This document shows, one piece after another, positions 41,559-54,421 of a DNA stretch of 54,975 nucleotides. The DNA is from an uncultured Gammaproteobacteria bacterium (lineage in GTDB: Bacteria; Pseudomonadota; Gammaproteobacteria; GCA-002705445; GCA-002716945): positions 1 to 54,975 of the forward strand of contig CAJWPJ010000005.1 of the NCBI GenBank assembly GCA_913045115.1. Direction: 5' to 3'. Under the pieces are notes generated by a model. The model did not search any database, was not told the DNA's origin, and saw only the letters and a program-made list of their open reading frames with translations. The translations under genes were made by a program, and so were the position numbers. How positions within the stretch are numbered: position 1 is the stretch's first letter; each line of letters opens with the position of its first letter.

Positions 41559-44500
41559 TTAATCTTTAAAAAGATCTTCAGCGGTCGTTTCAGGTGACTT
41601 TTCCGGAATAATATTTATTTCGCTTGCTATTTCTTTCTCAAGCATTTCCTCAAAAGATTCATTTTCCTCATTTTGAGTCGATAGGCCTGTTCCACATGGC
41701 AGCAGTCTACCTACGACAACGTTTTCTTTTAAGCCCCTAAGTTTATCTTTTCTCCCATTTACAGCTGCATCCGTTAGGACACGGGTTGTCTCTTGGAAAG
41801 AGGCAGCAGAAATGAATGACTCAGTTACCAGTGACGCTTTAGTAATTCCCAGTAACATAGGGTTGTATGTAGGTAGTTGAGCATCAGGATTTTTGGATTT
41901 TAGGGAATCCATTATTTCAAGAAGCTGAGTTTTTTCCATCTGCTCTCCAGACATTAGAGATGTATCTCCTGGAAATACTATTTCTACCTTCCTTAGCATT
42001 TGTCTTAGTATAACTTCGATATGTTTGTCGTTAATAGCTACACCTTGGAGTCTGTAAACATCTTGAACTTCCTTGACTAAATGCTCCGCAAGGTCTGTAA
42101 TTCCTCTATATGCAAGTATGTCGTGAGGGTCAAGCTCACCATCCGAAATGATCTCGCCTTGGGTAACGCTTGCTCCTTCAAAAACATTTAGTAATTTAGT
42201 TTTATTTAACATTTGTACATGCTCATTACCATCCTTATCAGTTATTATGAGTCTACGCTTACCTTTGGTTTCTTTTCCAAAAGATACAACTCCAGTTTCT
42301 ACGGCGAGTTCTGCTTTATCCTTTGGTTCTCTTGCTTCAAATAAATCAGCTACTCTTGGTAAGCCGCCTGTAATGTCTCTGGTACCAGATGTTTCTCTAG
42401 GTGTTCTTGCTATTACATCACCGATACCTACCTTGCTTCCTGATGTTAGATTAACCGTTGAGTTAGAGGGTAAGTGGTAATGCGCAGGAAGATTAGAATT
42501 AGCTAGGGTTAACTCCTTGCCTTTTCCATCGACTAATTTAATCATAGGTTTTCTATTTTTATCAAAAGATGCGCTCGTTGTGTCTTTAACCTTGATTGAG
42601 GTAATACCTGTTAATTCATCAATGATATTTTCCACACTTATACCATCTTCAAAATCTTCAAACTCAATTATCCCTGCAGTTTCAGTAATAATTGGTGTTG
42701 AATGAGGGTCCCATGTAACTATATTTGCTCCTCTTTCAACTTTTTCAGCATCAACAGTTTTTATAATCGCGCCATATGGAATTTTATATCTCTCTTTCTC
42801 TCTGCCGCTGTCATCTAGAATTCCTAATTCACCAGACCTTGATACTGCTACTATCTCTTTTTGACTATTAATGACGGTTTTTAAATTATGATATCTTATA
42901 GTTCCTGAGTTTTTCACTTCGATGCTATTAGCAGCTACTGCTCTTGAGGCTGCACCTCCAATATGGAAAGTTCTCATAGTCAGCTGTGTGCCTGGCTCGC
43001 CGATAGACTGTGCTGCAACAACACCAACTGCCTCACCAATGCTAACCTGTCTTCCTTTAGCTAAATCTCGGCCATAACATTTGGCACAAACACCATGTCT
43101 GATGTCGCATGTTATTACGGATCTCACCCAAACCTCGTCAATTGCATTTTGCTCTAAGAGTGAGACATTACTCTCATCAAGTAATGTGTCTTTCGGAAGT
43201 ATTATAGATTTTGTTTTTGGATCCACAAGATCATGCAAGAGTGTTCTACCCAATACTCTTTCATTTAATGGTTCAACAATATCTCCACCTTCAATGAGTG
43301 GTTTCATCAAGATTCCATTCGTTGTGCCACAATCATCTTCCGTTACAACTAGGTCTTGTGATACATCAACAAGTCGTCTTGTTAAATAACCTGAATTAGC
43401 TGTTTTTAATGCCGTGTCAGCTAGTCCTTTTCGAGCACCGTGTGTTGATATAAAGTACTGCATTACATCTAATCCCTCTCGAAAGTTAGCTGTTATTGGT
43501 GTTTCTATAATAGAGCCATCGGGTTTTGCCATAAGGCCTCTCATCCCAGATAATTGTCTGATTTGTGCTGCGGAACCTCGTGCACCAGAGTCTGCCATCA
43601 TGTAAATTGAGTTAAAAGATTTATGTTCAACTTTTTTACCATCTGATGATTTTGTAGTCTCAGTGCCAAGTTGTTTCATCATAGCTTGAGAGACTTGATC
43701 ATTCGTATGTGACCATATATCAACAACTTTGTTATAGCGTTCGCCAGCTGTCAATAAACCAGAATTATATTGTTTTTCTATGTCCTTAACTTCTTTTTCT
43801 GCTTTTGCTGTTATAGTAGTTTTCTCTTTCGGTATCACCATATCATCTACACCAATTGACACGCCAGCAAGAGTTGAATACTTGAAACCCATATTTTTTA
43901 TTTGATCCGCAAATAAAACTGTCTCTTTCAAACCAGCAAGCCTATATGCCACATCGAATAATTTAGAGATAGCTTTTTTATTTAAATCCTTGTCGATAAA
44001 TGAATATGGAATATTTTTAGGAAGTATCTCGGATATTAAAGCTCGGCCAGTCGTTGTGTTAATAATTTTAGTTTTTTCGACAAGCTTTTCTCCTTCATAC
44101 TCTGTGACCTTCATTCTAACTTTAATCTTTGCGTGCATATCCACAAGTTTTGATTGGTAAGCTTTTGAGACTTCTTCAATATCAGTAAAGATCATGCCTT
44201 CGCCTTTACAGTTGGGTTTTTCTCTAGACATATAATAAATGCCCAAGACCATATCTTGAGAAGGAACTATAATAGGACTTCCATTAGATGGGGATAGAAT
44301 ATTATTAGTGGCCATCATTAACACTCTTGCTTCTGTTTGAGCCTCTACAGACAACGGCACATGCACTGCCATTTGATCTCCATCAAAATCTGCATTGAAT
44401 GCTGCGCAAACAAGAGGATGTAATTGAATTGCTTTGCCTTCAATTAAAACTGGTTCGAATGCTTGTATTCCAAGACGGTGAAGTGTTGGGGCACGATTTA

Positions 44501-45767
44501 ATAAAACAGGATACTCTTTAATTATCTCTTCTAAAATATCCCAGACTTCTTCTCCCTCTTTTTCAACGACTTTTTTTGCTGACTTAATTGTTGTTGTTAT
44601 TCCTCTAGTCTGAAGCTTCCCAAAAATATGAGGTTTGAAAAGCTCCAAAGCCATTTTTTTAGGTATACCACACTGATGTAATCTCAGTGTTGGGCCGACA
44701 ACAATTACAGACCTACCGGAATAATCTACTCGTTTTCCAAGAAGATTCTGTCTAAATCTTCCTCCTTTACCTTTGATCATGTCTGCAAGAGACTTAAGAG
44801 GCCTCTTGTTTGTTCCGGTGATAGCTCTTCCTCTTCGACCATTATCTAATAAGGCATCTACAGATTCTTGTAACATCCTTTTCTCATTTCTAACTATTAT
44901 GTCTGGGGCTTTCAACTCTAAAAGTCTCTTGAGTCTATTATTTCTATTAATAACCCTTCTGTATAAATCATTTAAATCAGACGTGGCAAAACGACCACCC
45001 TCGAGTGGGACTAGTGGTCTAAGATCCGGCGGAAGAATTGGTAAGACATCAAGAATCATCCACTCAGGTTTATTGCCTGAATTAATAAATGACTCTATGA
45101 GTTTTAGTCGTTTGATATTTCTCTTATTCTTTGCTTGTGATTTAGTAACTTTAATTTCTTCCAATAATTCTTCGTATGCTTTTTCTAAATCTATACTCTG
45201 AAGTAATTCTTTGATGGCCTCCGCCCCCATACCGACTTTAATCTCGTTACCATACTCCTCTATTGCCTGATTATACATTTCCTCATTTAATAATGAGCCT
45301 GTTTCATATGGTGTTAGCCCACCGTCTATCACTATAAAAGCCTCGAAATATAACACTTTCTCTATTTGTCTCAGTGTCATATCCATCATCAAACCTATTC
45401 TTGATGGTAAAGATCTGAGGAACCAAATATGTGCAACAGGCGCAGCTAACTCAATATGCCCCATTCTTTCTCTTCTAACTTTGGATAATGTGACCTCTAC
45501 TCCACATTTTTCACAAACTACACCCCTGTGTTTGAGACGCTTGTATTTCCCGCACAAGCACTCGTAATCTTTTACTGGACCAAAGATCTTCGCGCAGAAT
45601 AATCCATCTCTCTCTGGCTTAAATGTTCTATAGTTAATCGTTTCTGGTTTTTTGACTTCGCCATAAGACCATGACCTCATAAGATCAGGAGATGCAAGCG
45701 ATATCTTTATATGGTCAAACTTTTTGTCATTACTATTCTTTTTAAACATATTTAATATTTCTTGCAT
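41559..45767 (-). CDS. rpoC: RNA polymerase beta' subunit
   Basis: NADFDGD catalytic motif, N-terminal Zn finger, 1402 aa. Confidence 0.99.
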   Translation of the reverse strand: MQEILNMFKKNSNDKKFDHIKISLASPDLMRSWSYGEVKKPETINYRTFKPERDGLFCAKIFGPVKDYECLCGKYKRLKHRGVVCEKCGVEVTLSKVRRERMGHIELAAPVAHIWFLRSLPSRIGLMMDMTLRQIEKVLYFEAFIVIDGGLTPYETGSLLNEEMYNQAIEEYGNEIKVGMGAEAIKELLQSIDLEKAYEELLEEIKVTKSQAKNKRNIKRLKLIESFINSGNKPEWMILDVLPILPPDLRPLVPLEGGRFATSDLNDLYRRVINRNNRLKRLLELKAPDIIVRNEKRMLQESVDALLDNGRRGRAITGTNKRPLKSLADMIKGKGGRFRQNLLGKRVDYSGRSVIVVGPTLRLHQCGIPKKMALELFKPHIFGKLQTRGITTTIKSAKKVVEKEGEEVWDILEEIIKEYPVLLNRAPTLHRLGIQAFEPVLIEGKAIQLHPLVCAAFNADFDGDQMAVHVPLSVEAQTEARVLMMATNNILSPSNGSPIIVPSQDMVLGIYYMSREKPNCKGEGMIFTDIEEVSKAYQSKLVDMHAKIKVRMKVTEYEGEKLVEKTKIINTTTGRALISEILPKNIPYSFIDKDLNKKAISKLFDVAYRLAGLKETVLFADQIKNMGFKYSTLAGVSIGVDDMVIPKEKTTITAKAEKEVKDIEKQYNSGLLTAGERYNKVVDIWSHTNDQVSQAMMKQLGTETTKSSDGKKVEHKSFNSIYMMADSGARGSAAQIRQLSGMRGLMAKPDGSIIETPITANFREGLDVMQYFISTHGARKGLADTALKTANSGYLTRRLVDVSQDLVVTEDDCGTTNGILMKPLIEGGDIVEPLNERVLGRTLLHDLVDPKTKSIILPKDTLLDESNVSLLEQNAIDEVWVRSVITCDIRHGVCAKCYGRDLAKGRQVSIGEAVGVVAAQSIGEPGTQLTMRTFHIGGAASRAVAANSIEVKNSGTIRYHNLKTVINSQKEIVAVSRSGELGILDDSGREKERYKIPYGAIIKTVDAEKVERGANIVTWDPHSTPIITETAGIIEFEDFEDGISVENIIDELTGITSIKVKDTTSASFDKNRKPMIKLVDGKGKELTLANSNLPAHYHLPSNSTVNLTSGSKVGIGDVIARTPRETSGTRDITGGLPRVADLFEAREPKDKAELAVETGVVSFGKETKGKRRLIITDKDGNEHVQMLNKTKLLNVFEGASVTQGEIISDGELDPHDILAYRGITDLAEHLVKEVQDVYRLQGVAINDKHIEVILRQMLRKVEIVFPGDTSLMSGEQMEKTQLLEIMDSLKSKNPDAQLPTYNPMLLGITKASLVTESFISAASFQETTRVLTDAAVNGRKDKLRGLKENVVVGRLLPCGTGLSTQNEENESFEEMLEKEIASEINIIPEKSPETTAEDLFKD

Positions 45768-45775
45768 AATTTTTC

Positions 45776-48700
45776 CTAGTTTGATTTGTTTTCAGAATCC
45801 AAATCTATGTTGATACTCAATGATCGGATTTCTTTTAATAATACATTGAATGACTCTGGCACGTGCGCTTCAGTAGTGTAATCCCCATCTACAATATTCT
45901 TATAAACCTTGTTTCGTCCAGCAATGTCATCAGACTTAACTGTTAAAACTTCCTGTAGAACATTTGTTGCTCCGTAAGCTTGGAGTGCCCATACTTCCAT
46001 TTCCCCAAATCGTTGACCCCCAAACTGCGCTTTTCCTCCAAGCGGCTGTTGAGTGACAAGACTATATGGGCCAGTTGATCGTGCATGCATTTTATCATCG
46101 ACTAAATGGTTTAATTTTATAATATACATATATCCAATAGTCACCGGTCTTTCGAATTTTTCCCCAGTTCTTCCATCATACAAAATCGATTGTCCACTTA
46201 ATGGTAATTCAGCGAGCTCAAGCATTTTCTTGATCTCATCTTCTGAAGCTCCATCAAAAACCGGAGTTGCCATAGGTATGCCGTTCTTCAGATTGTTTGC
46301 TAGAGTGAGTATTTCCTCATCACTAAATTTGTCTATGGTGTATTTTGTAAAACCTGGACATTCTTTATAAACCTTTGTTATAAACTGCTTTAGTTTTTTG
46401 ATTTCTTGTTGTTCTTTGAGCATTTGATTTATCTTTTCTCCAATGCCATGAGCTGCCCACCCAAGATGTGTCTCCAAGACTTGACCAACGTTCATTCTAG
46501 ATGGCACTCCGAGAGGATTAAGAACGATGTCTACAGGTGTTCCATCTTCACGATGAGGCATGTCCTCAACAGGTATGATTTGAGAGATAACGCCTTTATT
46601 ACCATGGCGCCCAGCCATTTTGTCGCCAGGCTGTAGTGTTCTTTTCACTGCTAGATATACTTTTATTTTCTTTTGAACGCCAGGTCCTAGATCATCTGGC
46701 ATTGTTATTTTCTTTGTTACTTCCTCGAGATCTTGGTTAAACTTACTATGCAAATCATCTATATTGTTTGCAAGGTTTGCAAGACTGATGTTTACCTTTT
46801 CAACCTTTGTTTGTAACTTAAATAAGTCATCATTTGCCACAGTTTCAATTAATGTGGTAGTTAGCTTCGAACCTGATTTTAGATCTAAAACAGCTTTTGA
46901 GAGCGTTTTATTTAAGAGAAGTTTTCTTGCTCTGAGATAGATGGTTTCTTGATTTATTCTTAGTTCATCAACAAGATTTTTCTTAACTTCTTCTATCTGA
47001 GCTTCTTCTATCTCAATAGCTCTCTTATCTTTGTCAATACCTTCTCTAGTAAAAACCCTAACGTCGATTACTGTACCGTCCATACCAGATGGTACCTTTA
47101 GAGAAGAATCTTTAACATCAGATGCTTTTTCTCCAAAAATAGCTCTGAGTAATTTTTCTTCAGGTGTAAGCTGAGTTTCTCCCTTCGGTGTTACTTTACC
47201 AACGAGTATATCACCGGATTTTACTTCGGCCCCAACATATACAATTCCTGATGAGTCGAGTTTATTAAGTAAGTTTTCACTAACGTTAGGAATGTCTGCA
47301 GTTATTTCTTCAGATCCTAATTTTGTATCTCTTGCTACACATTCTAGTTCTTCGATATGGATTGACGTAAATCGATCTTCTCTAACAACTTTTTCCGATA
47401 CAAGAATAGAATCTTCAAAGTTATATCCATTCCATGGCATAAAAGCTATTAATAAATTTTGGCCTAACGCAAGCTCTCCAAGGTCAGTTGATGGGCCATC
47501 AGCAATAGCATCGCCTGCTGTAACTTTATCACCAGGTTTTACAAGAGGTCTCTGATTAATGCATGTATTTTGATTTGTGCGTGTATATTTTGTTAGAGGA
47601 TATATATCAACTCCCGTATCTGAATCATCACCAACATACTTTTCGTCTACATTTACAATAATTCTAGATGCATCAACATAATCAACAACACCATCTCTTC
47701 TTACTTTTACTGATGCGCCAGAATCAACAGCAACAGTTTTCTCCATTCCTGTTCCTACAAGTGGTTTATCAGGTATTAGTAGAGGTACAGCTTGCCTCTG
47801 CATATTAGAACCCATTAATGCTCTGTTAGCGTCGTCATGTTCAAGAAACGGTATCAATGCAGCTGCAACAGACACAACTTGACGGGGTGACACATCCATA
47901 AGTTCGACTTTGTCTGGTGAGGATATTGTAAATTCATTGTTAAAACGGCATGAAATTAAATCTCCAACAATATTATCTTTGGAATCAAGGGTAGTATTAG
48001 CCTGTGCAATCATGTATTTGCTCTCCTCGATGGCTGACAACCATTTAATCTCGTCTCGAACTTTGTTTTTGCTCACAACTCTATAGGGAGTCTCAAGAAA
48101 ACCATAGGAATTAGTTCGTGAATATGTTGCAAGTGAGTTTATAAGACCAATGTTTGGGCCCTCTGGTGTCTCAATCGGGCAGACCCTACCATAATGCGTT
48201 GGATGGACATCTCGTACCTCAAAACCTGCTCTCTCTCTCGTTAGACCTCCTGGACCAAGCGCGGATATTCTCCGTTTATGGGTAATCTCTGCAAGGGGAT
48301 TATTTTGATCCATGAATTGAGATAATTGACTAGTGCCAAAGAATTCCTTAAGAGTCGCAGTTATTGGTTTTGAGTTAACAATATCTTTTGGTTGAAGTTT
48401 TTCTGCTAATTCCATGGTAGTCATCCGTTCTTTGACAGCTTTTTCCACTCTTACCAAGCCAACTCTGAATACATTCTCAACCATTTCTCCAACACATTTA
48501 ACCCTCCTGTTACCAAGATGGTCTATGTCATCAACAGAATCTGATCCATTTCTTATGTTAATGAGGGTTTTGAGTACATCTAATATATCTTCATTAGATA
48601 ATGTAGTCTCTCCTTCCATACTCTCGCGACCAACTCTTGAATTAAATTTCATGCGACCAACATCAGACAAGTCATATCTTTCACTCGACTGAAACAGATT

Positions 48701-50002
48701 TGTAAATAATTGATTAGCAGCCTCTTCGGTAGGAGGCTCTCCTGGCCTCATCATTCTGTAAATCTCGATTAAAGCAGACTTTTGGTCAACTGTAGGATCG
48801 ATATCTAGGGTGTTACATATAAAAGTACCTCTATCTAAATCATTTGTGTGAAGAATTGTGAAATTAGAGATACCAAATTCATGAATTTGAGAAATTACCT
48901 CAAGATCAATTTCTTGATTGCAGAATAAAATGCTTATTGGCACAGATTTTATATTTTGCAATTTTTCTTTTATAGATTTATCTATTTTTACATTTGCTTC
49001 ACAGATCAGTTCTCCTGTCTCTGAATCAATAACTTGCTCTGAAGTCACCATATCAACTTTGATGTCAGGTCCTTTTATTTTTATAGGTACATCGTTAGCA
49101 ATACGTTTGCCTAATAGAAAATCATCCGGTACTTGGAAGGCCTTCATTTTACTTTTTTTAGCAGCTTCTATCTGCCTGACAGTTATGCGCTTGCCTTTAC
49201 CTACAATTAGTTTTTTATTGTGATAAATGTCAAATGAAGCAATGCTACCTTTGAGATCGTCTAACTTTTGGTCGATAAATATTTTGTTATCTTTAACTGT
49301 AATCTTGTTGAAGTCGTAGAAGTTTTCTATTATCTCTTTGGTAGAGTATCCGAGCGCTCTCAATATTATTGTAGATGCTATTTTTCTTCGTCTATCAATT
49401 CTTGCATAAATTACATCTTTCTGATCAAATTCAAAATCTAGCCAAGAACCTCGATATGGAATGACCCGTGCGGAAAAAAGTAATTTGCCAGATGCATGAG
49501 TTCTGCCTCTATCATGATCAAAAAATACACCAGGTGACCTGTGTAATTGAGACACAACAACGCGCTCAGTTCCATTGACAATAAATGTACCGTACTTTGT
49601 CATTATCGGAAGTTCACCTAAGAAAACCTCCTCATTTTCAAAAATTTCTATCTTATCCGAATTTTTCTCGTCTATGTTTGTATATAGCTTGAAGTTAACC
49701 TTAATTGGTACAGAATATGTCTTGCTACTGATTCTACATTCTTCCTCATTAAACTCAGGCTTATCTAATTTAAAGCTTGTGTATTCTAATTTGCAGTTAT
49801 TTGAATAATCATATATGGGAAAAACTGATTGAAATACTCGGTGTAGTCCAGATTTTTGCATGTCAAGACTGCCATTTGATAAACCTAAAAATTCATTGTA
49901 GGAATTTATTTGTAAATCGATTAAATTTGGTGCCTCAATGACATCACTTGTTTTGCCGAAACTTTTACGAATACGTTTTTTTTCAGTATAAGAATATGTC
50001 AT
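45776..50002 (-). CDS. rpoB: RNA polymerase beta subunit
   Basis: [44 protein letters not shown] at 50002 preferred over TTG at 50008. Confidence 0.99.
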   Translation of the reverse strand: MTYSYTEKKRIRKSFGKTSDVIEAPNLIDLQINSYNEFLGLSNGSLDMQKSGLHRVFQSVFPIYDYSNNCKLEYTSFKLDKPEFNEEECRISSKTYSVPIKVNFKLYTNIDEKNSDKIEIFENEEVFLGELPIMTKYGTFIVNGTERVVVSQLHRSPGVFFDHDRGRTHASGKLLFSARVIPYRGSWLDFEFDQKDVIYARIDRRRKIASTIILRALGYSTKEIIENFYDFNKITVKDNKIFIDQKLDDLKGSIASFDIYHNKKLIVGKGKRITVRQIEAAKKSKMKAFQVPDDFLLGKRIANDVPIKIKGPDIKVDMVTSEQVIDSETGELICEANVKIDKSIKEKLQNIKSVPISILFCNQEIDLEVISQIHEFGISNFTILHTNDLDRGTFICNTLDIDPTVDQKSALIEIYRMMRPGEPPTEEAANQLFTNLFQSSERYDLSDVGRMKFNSRVGRESMEGETTLSNEDILDVLKTLINIRNGSDSVDDIDHLGNRRVKCVGEMVENVFRVGLVRVEKAVKERMTTMELAEKLQPKDIVNSKPITATLKEFFGTSQLSQFMDQNNPLAEITHKRRISALGPGGLTRERAGFEVRDVHPTHYGRVCPIETPEGPNIGLINSLATYSRTNSYGFLETPYRVVSKNKVRDEIKWLSAIEESKYMIAQANTTLDSKDNIVGDLISCRFNNEFTISSPDKVELMDVSPRQVVSVAAALIPFLEHDDANRALMGSNMQRQAVPLLIPDKPLVGTGMEKTVAVDSGASVKVRRDGVVDYVDASRIIVNVDEKYVGDDSDTGVDIYPLTKYTRTNQNTCINQRPLVKPGDKVTAGDAIADGPSTDLGELALGQNLLIAFMPWNGYNFEDSILVSEKVVREDRFTSIHIEELECVARDTKLGSEEITADIPNVSENLLNKLDSSGIVYVGAEVKSGDILVGKVTPKGETQLTPEEKLLRAIFGEKASDVKDSSLKVPSGMDGTVIDVRVFTREGIDKDKRAIEIEEAQIEEVKKNLVDELRINQETIYLRARKLLLNKTLSKAVLDLKSGSKLTTTLIETVANDDLFKLQTKVEKVNISLANLANNIDDLHSKFNQDLEEVTKKITMPDDLGPGVQKKIKVYLAVKRTLQPGDKMAGRHGNKGVISQIIPVEDMPHREDGTPVDIVLNPLGVPSRMNVGQVLETHLGWAAHGIGEKINQMLKEQQEIKKLKQFITKVYKECPGFTKYTIDKFSDEEILTLANNLKNGIPMATPVFDGASEDEIKKMLELAELPLSGQSILYDGRTGEKFERPVTIGYMYIIKLNHLVDDKMHARSTGPYSLVTQQPLGGKAQFGGQRFGEMEVWALQAYGATNVLQEVLTVKSDDIAGRNKVYKNIVDGDYTTEAHVPESFNVLLKEIRSLSINIDLDSENKSN

Positions 50003-50077
50003 AGCCAAAAGATCCTTTTGGTTTCTACCAAATTTAATTTCTCAATGTTTATTTGAGTAATGTTATGTTGTGTTAGT

Positions 50078-50455
50078 CTATTTGAGTTCAACAGTTGCTC
50101 CAGCTTCTTCCAATTGCTTTTTAAAGTCGTCTGCTTCCTCTTTAGAAGCACCTTCTTTTAAAACACATGGTGCTGATTCAACTTTATCTTTTGCTTCTTT
50201 AAGACCCAGACCAGTAATTGCTCTAACAGCCTTAATAACTGCTACCTTATTACCGCCCATGTCTGCTAAAGAAACATCAAATTCGGTTTTCTCTGCTGCT
50301 GCATCGCCACCATCACCGGCTGCTGCTGGTGCTGCTGCAACTGCTGCTGCTGCTGTAACTCCGAATTTTTCTTCCATCTGTGATATGAGGTCAACAACTT
50401 CCATCACAGTCATATTTGATATACTTTCTAGTATGTCGTCTTTACTCACTGCCAT
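50078..50455 (-). CDS. rplL: 50S ribosomal protein L7/L12
   Basis: MEEKFGV, Ala-rich hinge, GLGLKEAK. Confidence 0.98.
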   Translation of the reverse strand: MAVSKDDILESISNMTVMEVVDLISQMEEKFGVTAAAAVAAAPAAAGDGGDAAAEKTEFDVSLADMGGNKVAVIKAVRAITGLGLKEAKDKVESAPCVLKEGASKEEADDFKKQLEEAGATVELK

Positions 50456-50472
50456 CATTTTCTCCCGATATA

Positions 50473-50994
50473 TTAATTCTTAGATGCTTTCACAGCATCG
50501 ATAGTTCTCACAAGTTTACTTGGAACGGCATTCATCGTTCCCATAAGTTTTTGAATAGGGCCCTGCATTACTGATAATAACTTGGCTATAGCCTCTTCAT
50601 AAGATGGAAGAGATGCAAGTTTTTTTAGTTCGCTAATATCAAGGTCTTTTCCTTGATAGTTAATAGCTTTCGGCTTTAAATTCTCATGCTTATCAATGAA
50701 TTCTTTTATTGATTTTGCAAATTTGCCTGCATCTTCTTTTCCTACTGCGACAATCTGTGGTCCCTTAATGTTCTCTGACATAGATGCAAATTGGCTGTCC
50801 TTAAGAGCCATTTTAAGCATGTTGTTTTTAACAAGCTTTATGAATACACCCGATTCGCGAGTTGTTTTCCTAAGCTCATTTAATTCGTTCGATGTTAGTC
50901 CAGAATAGTCAGCTGTTAAAACAACTTCAGCATCACTCAATACAGCGGTCATCTCCTTCACTAACTCTTGTTTTTGGGATAAATTTAGCGGCAT
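50473..50994 (-). CDS. rplJ: 50S ribosomal protein L10
   Basis: DYSGLT, VKNN, LASLPS; synteny. Confidence 0.96.
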   Translation of the reverse strand: MPLNLSQKQELVKEMTAVLSDAEVVLTADYSGLTSNELNELRKTTRESGVFIKLVKNNMLKMALKDSQFASMSENIKGPQIVAVGKEDAGKFAKSIKEFIDKHENLKPKAINYQGKDLDISELKKLASLPSYEEAIAKLLSVMQGPIQKLMGTMNAVPSKLVRTIDAVKASKN

Positions 50995-50995
50995 T

Positions 50996-51697
50996 CTAGC
51001 TCCTCTTCTCGACTGACGATAAGTCTACCTTAATTCCAGGTCCCATAGTAGAGGAAATTGTAATATTTTTCATATATTTACCTTTGGCTGATGAGGGTTT
51101 TGCTTTGTTTAAATCTGAAACAAGTGCAATAGCATTATCTGCAAGTTTTTTTGTCTCAAAATCAAGCTTACCAATAATAGCATGTATGATACCTGCCTTA
51201 TCATTTTTATACCTAATTTGACCTTTTTTTGCTTTTGTAATTGCATCAGCAATATTCTTTGTGACAGTTCCTTCTTTAGGGTTGGGCATTAAATTTTTTG
51301 GTCCTAAGATCCTGCCAAGTTGACCCATTTTTTTCATGCAGTCAGGAGTTGCAACCACAATATCAGCCACTAAGTCTTTATCTTTTTTTACTTTATCTAT
51401 CAGATCCTCGAAACCCACTTCATCTGCACCAGCTTCCTTTGCTGCTTTTTCGTCTTCTCCATCTGCAAAAGCTACAACAGTCATAGTCTTGCCAATCCCA
51501 TGAGGTAACGTCGAAGACCCACGTACACCCTGATCAGATTTAGTAGCATCAATACCAAGATTCACGCTAAGATCCACGCTTTCATTAAATTTAGCTTTCG
51601 GCGCACTCTTCAGTAATTCGATAGCTTCTTCAATGCTATAGTCTTTGAATGTATCTATCTTTTCTTGTATAACTTTTGCTTTTTTTGTAAGAGCCAT
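50996..51697 (-). CDS. rplA: 50S ribosomal protein L1
   Basis: LPHGIGK, LGPKNLMPNPK, SSTMGPG. Confidence 0.98.
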   Translation of the reverse strand: MALTKKAKVIQEKIDTFKDYSIEEAIELLKSAPKAKFNESVDLSVNLGIDATKSDQGVRGSSTLPHGIGKTMTVVAFADGEDEKAAKEAGADEVGFEDLIDKVKKDKDLVADIVVATPDCMKKMGQLGRILGPKNLMPNPKEGTVTKNIADAITKAKKGQIRYKNDKAGIIHAIIGKLDFETKKLADNAIALVSDLNKAKPSSAKGKYMKNITISSTMGPGIKVDLSSVEKRS

Positions 51698-52128
51698 TAG
51701 TCTTCCACCTCTATTCCCATGCTTCTCGCTGTACCGGCAATAATTTTGATTGAATTCTCTAAACTAGCACCTGTTAAGTCTCCTTCTTTTGTTTTAACTA
51801 TCTCTGCTAATTGGTCTTTAGTGACTTTAGCAACTTTTTTTGTGTGCGGTGTGGGACTGCCTTTTTGTATACCTGCTGCTTTTTTGAGAAGAACAGCTGC
51901 AGGCGCAGATTTTATTACAAAGTCAAAAGATCTGTCTTTGTATACATTTATGACAACAGGTAATGCCATACCTTTCTCGGAATCCTTAGTCTTATCATTA
52001 AACTGTTTACAAAAATCTTGAATGTTTAACCCGTGCTGGCCAAGTGCCGGACCAACTGGTGGCGCTGGGTTAGCAGATCCAGCAGGGACTTGAAGCTTAA
52101 CTTGTGTCATTAATTCTTTTGCTGCCAT
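51697..52128 (-). CDS. rplK: 50S ribosomal protein L11
   Basis: [22 protein letters not shown]. Confidence 0.98.
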   Translation of the reverse strand: MAAKELMTQVKLQVPAGSANPAPPVGPALGQHGLNIQDFCKQFNDKTKDSEKGMALPVVINVYKDRSFDFVIKSAPAAVLLKKAAGIQKGSPTPHTKKVAKVTKDQLAEIVKTKEGDLTGASLENSIKIIAGTARSMGIEVED

Positions 52129-52655
52129 TATCCTTTCTCCACTTGTGTTAATGATAGTTCTATAGGTGTCGGCTTACCAAAAACTAGAACTGATACTTTA
52201 AGCTTATTTTTCTCAAAATCAACTGTTTCTACCACCCCATTAAAGTCATTAAATGGTCCATCAGTGATTCTCACAACTTCACCTGGTTCAAACATTACTT
52301 TTGGCTTCGGCTTATCCACATCATTTTGCATGGATTGCATCAAATTATCAGCCTCTGCTTTTTTAAGTGGGACAGGCTTATCACTTGTGCCTCCTATAAA
52401 CCCTAGTACTTGGGGCGCACTTTTTACGAGATGCCAAGTCTCATCATTCATATCCATTTTAATCATTACATAGCCGGGGAAATATTTTCTCTCGGATCTC
52501 TTCTTTTTTCCTTCTCTAATTTCTAGAACTTCTTCAGTTGGAACCAATATCTCCTCAAATGAGTCTTGAAGCCCACTTCTCTTTATGCGATCTTCGAGAG
52601 TAAGTTTTACCTTATTTTCGTATCCTGAGAAAGCTTGTAATACATACCAATCCAT
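52128..52655 (-). CDS. nusG: Transcription factor NusG
   Basis: [19 protein letters not shown] motif DGPFNDFNG; true start at 52655. Confidence 0.97.
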   Translation of the reverse strand: MDWYVLQAFSGYENKVKLTLEDRIKRSGLQDSFEEILVPTEEVLEIREGKKKRSERKYFPGYVMIKMDMNDETWHLVKSAPQVLGFIGGTSDKPVPLKKAEADNLMQSMQNDVDKPKPKVMFEPGEVVRITDGPFNDFNGVVETVDFEKNKLKVSVLVFGKPTPIELSLTQVEKG

Positions 52656-53023
52656 TATGCTACTCCATATAAGGTGCCTATGGCCCACCCTAACAACATA
52701 TCAAAAAGCCACAAAAGGATGCCCACGACTATAACAACAAATACAACTCCTAATGTCGTTTGTGTAGTCTCCTGCTTCGTTGGCCAAGTTACTTTTTTAA
52801 GTTCTACTTTAGAGTCAGTGACATAAGAATAGACTAACTTGCCAAAATCACTTTGGTAGGCAATAAAACTCGATAATATCAAAACCGTAATCATACCGAC
52901 TACCCTATAAAATAATCTAACGTCACTGTAATAATAAAACAGAAACATACCGGTGATCAGAACACCAATAGATAGTATTAAGTACGATTTTCCGGAATTA
53001 GCTTCTATGTTTTTTTCTGTCAT
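52655..53023 (-). CDS. secE: Preprotein translocase SecE (three-TM form)
   Basis: ELKKVTWPTKQET; three hydrophobic segments; upstream of nusG. Confidence 0.95.
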   Translation of the reverse strand: MTEKNIEANSGKSYLILSIGVLITGMFLFYYYSDVRLFYRVVGMITVLILSSFIAYQSDFGKLVYSYVTDSKVELKKVTWPTKQETTQTTLGVVFVVIVVGILLWLFDMLLGWAIGTLYGVA

Positions 53024-53045
53024 GGCATTACCTTCGTCAATTCGT

Positions 53046-53118
53046 CAGGCCAGGAGGGACTCGAACCCCCAACCTACGGTTTTGGAGACCGTCGCTCTAC
53101 CAGTTGAGCTACTAGCCT
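53046..53118 (-). tRNA. tRNA-Trp (CCA anticodon), 3' CCA not encoded
   Basis: AGGCTAG/CTGGCCT acceptor stem, TAGCTCAACTGGTAGAGC D arm, CTCCAAA anticodon loop, GGTTCGAGTCC T arm; usual tuf-tRNA-Trp-secE position. Confidence 0.96.
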
Positions 53119-53140
53119 ATCATTAAAAATCAATGATAGT

Positions 53141-54331
53141 TTACTCTACTATTTTCGATACGACTCCAGCTCCAACAGTCTTGCCACCTTCACGTATCGC
53201 AAATTTTAGACCTTGTTCTAAAGCAATAGGTGTTATGAGTTCGACATTCATTTTTACATTATCACCAGGCATAACCATTTCCACATCTTTTGGTAGTTCT
53301 ATAGCTCCAGTTACATCAGTAGTCCTGAAATAAAACTGAGGTCTGTAGTTTCCAAAGAAAGGAGTATGTCTTCCACCTTCGTCTTTTGATAATACGTAAA
53401 CTTCACATTCGAATTTAGTGTGAGGCTTAATTGAACCTGGGACACATAGCACTTGTCCTCTTTCAACCTCCTCACGTTTAGTGCCTCTTAAAAGTACGCC
53501 GACATTATCTCCGGCAACGCCTTCATCAAGAAGTTTCCTAAACATTTCGACTCCGGTACATGTGGTTTTTTGTGTCTCTTTAATACCGACGATTTCTATT
53601 TCTTCACCCACATTTACTTTTCCTCTTTCTATTCTGCCTGTGACTACTGTTCCACGACCTGATATCGAAAATACATCTTCAATCGGCATTAGGAATGTTT
53701 GATCAACTGGACGTTCAGGAACAGGAATAAATTTGTCCATCTCTTCAACAAGTTTTTCAATTGAAGGAATACCAATGTCTGATGAATCACCTTCAATAGC
53801 TTTTAAGGCAGAACCTGAAACTATAGGCACGTCATCACCAGGGAAATCATATTTAGAGAGCAGTTCTCTAATTTCCATTTCAACTAAATCTGTTAATTCT
53901 TTATCATCTACTTGATCGGCTTTATTCAGGTAGACTACTATGTGTGGCACTCCAACTTGACGCGCTAAGAGAATATGCTCTCTAGTTTGAGGCATAGGAC
54001 CGTCAGCTGCAGAACATACTAGAATGGCACCATCCATCTGCGCAGCACCTGTAATCATATTTTTTACATAATCAGCATGACCTGGGCAATCTACATGCGC
54101 ATAGTGTCTATCTGTTGATTCATACTCTACGTGAGCTGTTGCAATCGTAATACCACGCTCTCTTTCTTCAGGTGCATTATCAATCTGGTCGTAGGCTTTT
54201 GCTTCACCACCAAATTTCTCACCCATCACTTTTGTGATAGCCGCAGTAAGTGTTGTTTTACCATGATCAACGTGTCCAATTGTACCTACGTTTACATGGG
54301 CCTTATTTCTTTCAAATTTTTCCTTAGCCAT
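53141..54331 (-). CDS. tuf: Elongation factor Tu (396 aa), the C-terminal part of the 605-aa track ORF
   Basis: [27 protein letters not shown] begins at 54331; [19 protein letters not shown]. Confidence 0.97.
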   Translation of the reverse strand: MAKEKFERNKAHVNVGTIGHVDHGKTTLTAAITKVMGEKFGGEAKAYDQIDNAPEERERGITIATAHVEYESTDRHYAHVDCPGHADYVKNMITGAAQMDGAILVCSAADGPMPQTREHILLARQVGVPHIVVYLNKADQVDDKELTDLVEMEIRELLSKYDFPGDDVPIVSGSALKAIEGDSSDIGIPSIEKLVEEMDKFIPVPERPVDQTFLMPIEDVFSISGRGTVVTGRIERGKVNVGEEIEIVGIKETQKTTCTGVEMFRKLLDEGVAGDNVGVLLRGTKREEVERGQVLCVPGSIKPHTKFECEVYVLSKDEGGRHTPFFGNYRPQFYFRTTDVTGAIELPKDVEMVMPGDNVKMNVELITPIALEQGLKFAIREGGKTVGAGVVSKIVE

Positions 54332-54421
54332 TTTTTTAACATCTTCACCTACATCTGATAATTTATCTGGATGGTATTTTTTTACTACTTTCCTATATGC
54401 TTTTTTCACCTCATCATCACT
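54332..54421 (-). other. DnaJ/DjlA-type J-domain fragment in frame with tuf
   Basis: [30 protein letters not shown] with HPD at 54373-54365; only helix II and the loop region are present. Confidence 0.8.

Noticed and set aside
41098-48350. Antibiotic-resistance substitutions in rpsL or the rpoB rifampicin region
   Set aside because: The key residues look wild type (PKKPNS, RVKDLP; SQFMDQ, H, R and S of cluster I).
50296-50356. GCT/GCA trinucleotide-like repeats
   Set aside because: They encode the ordinary Ala-rich hinge of L7/L12.
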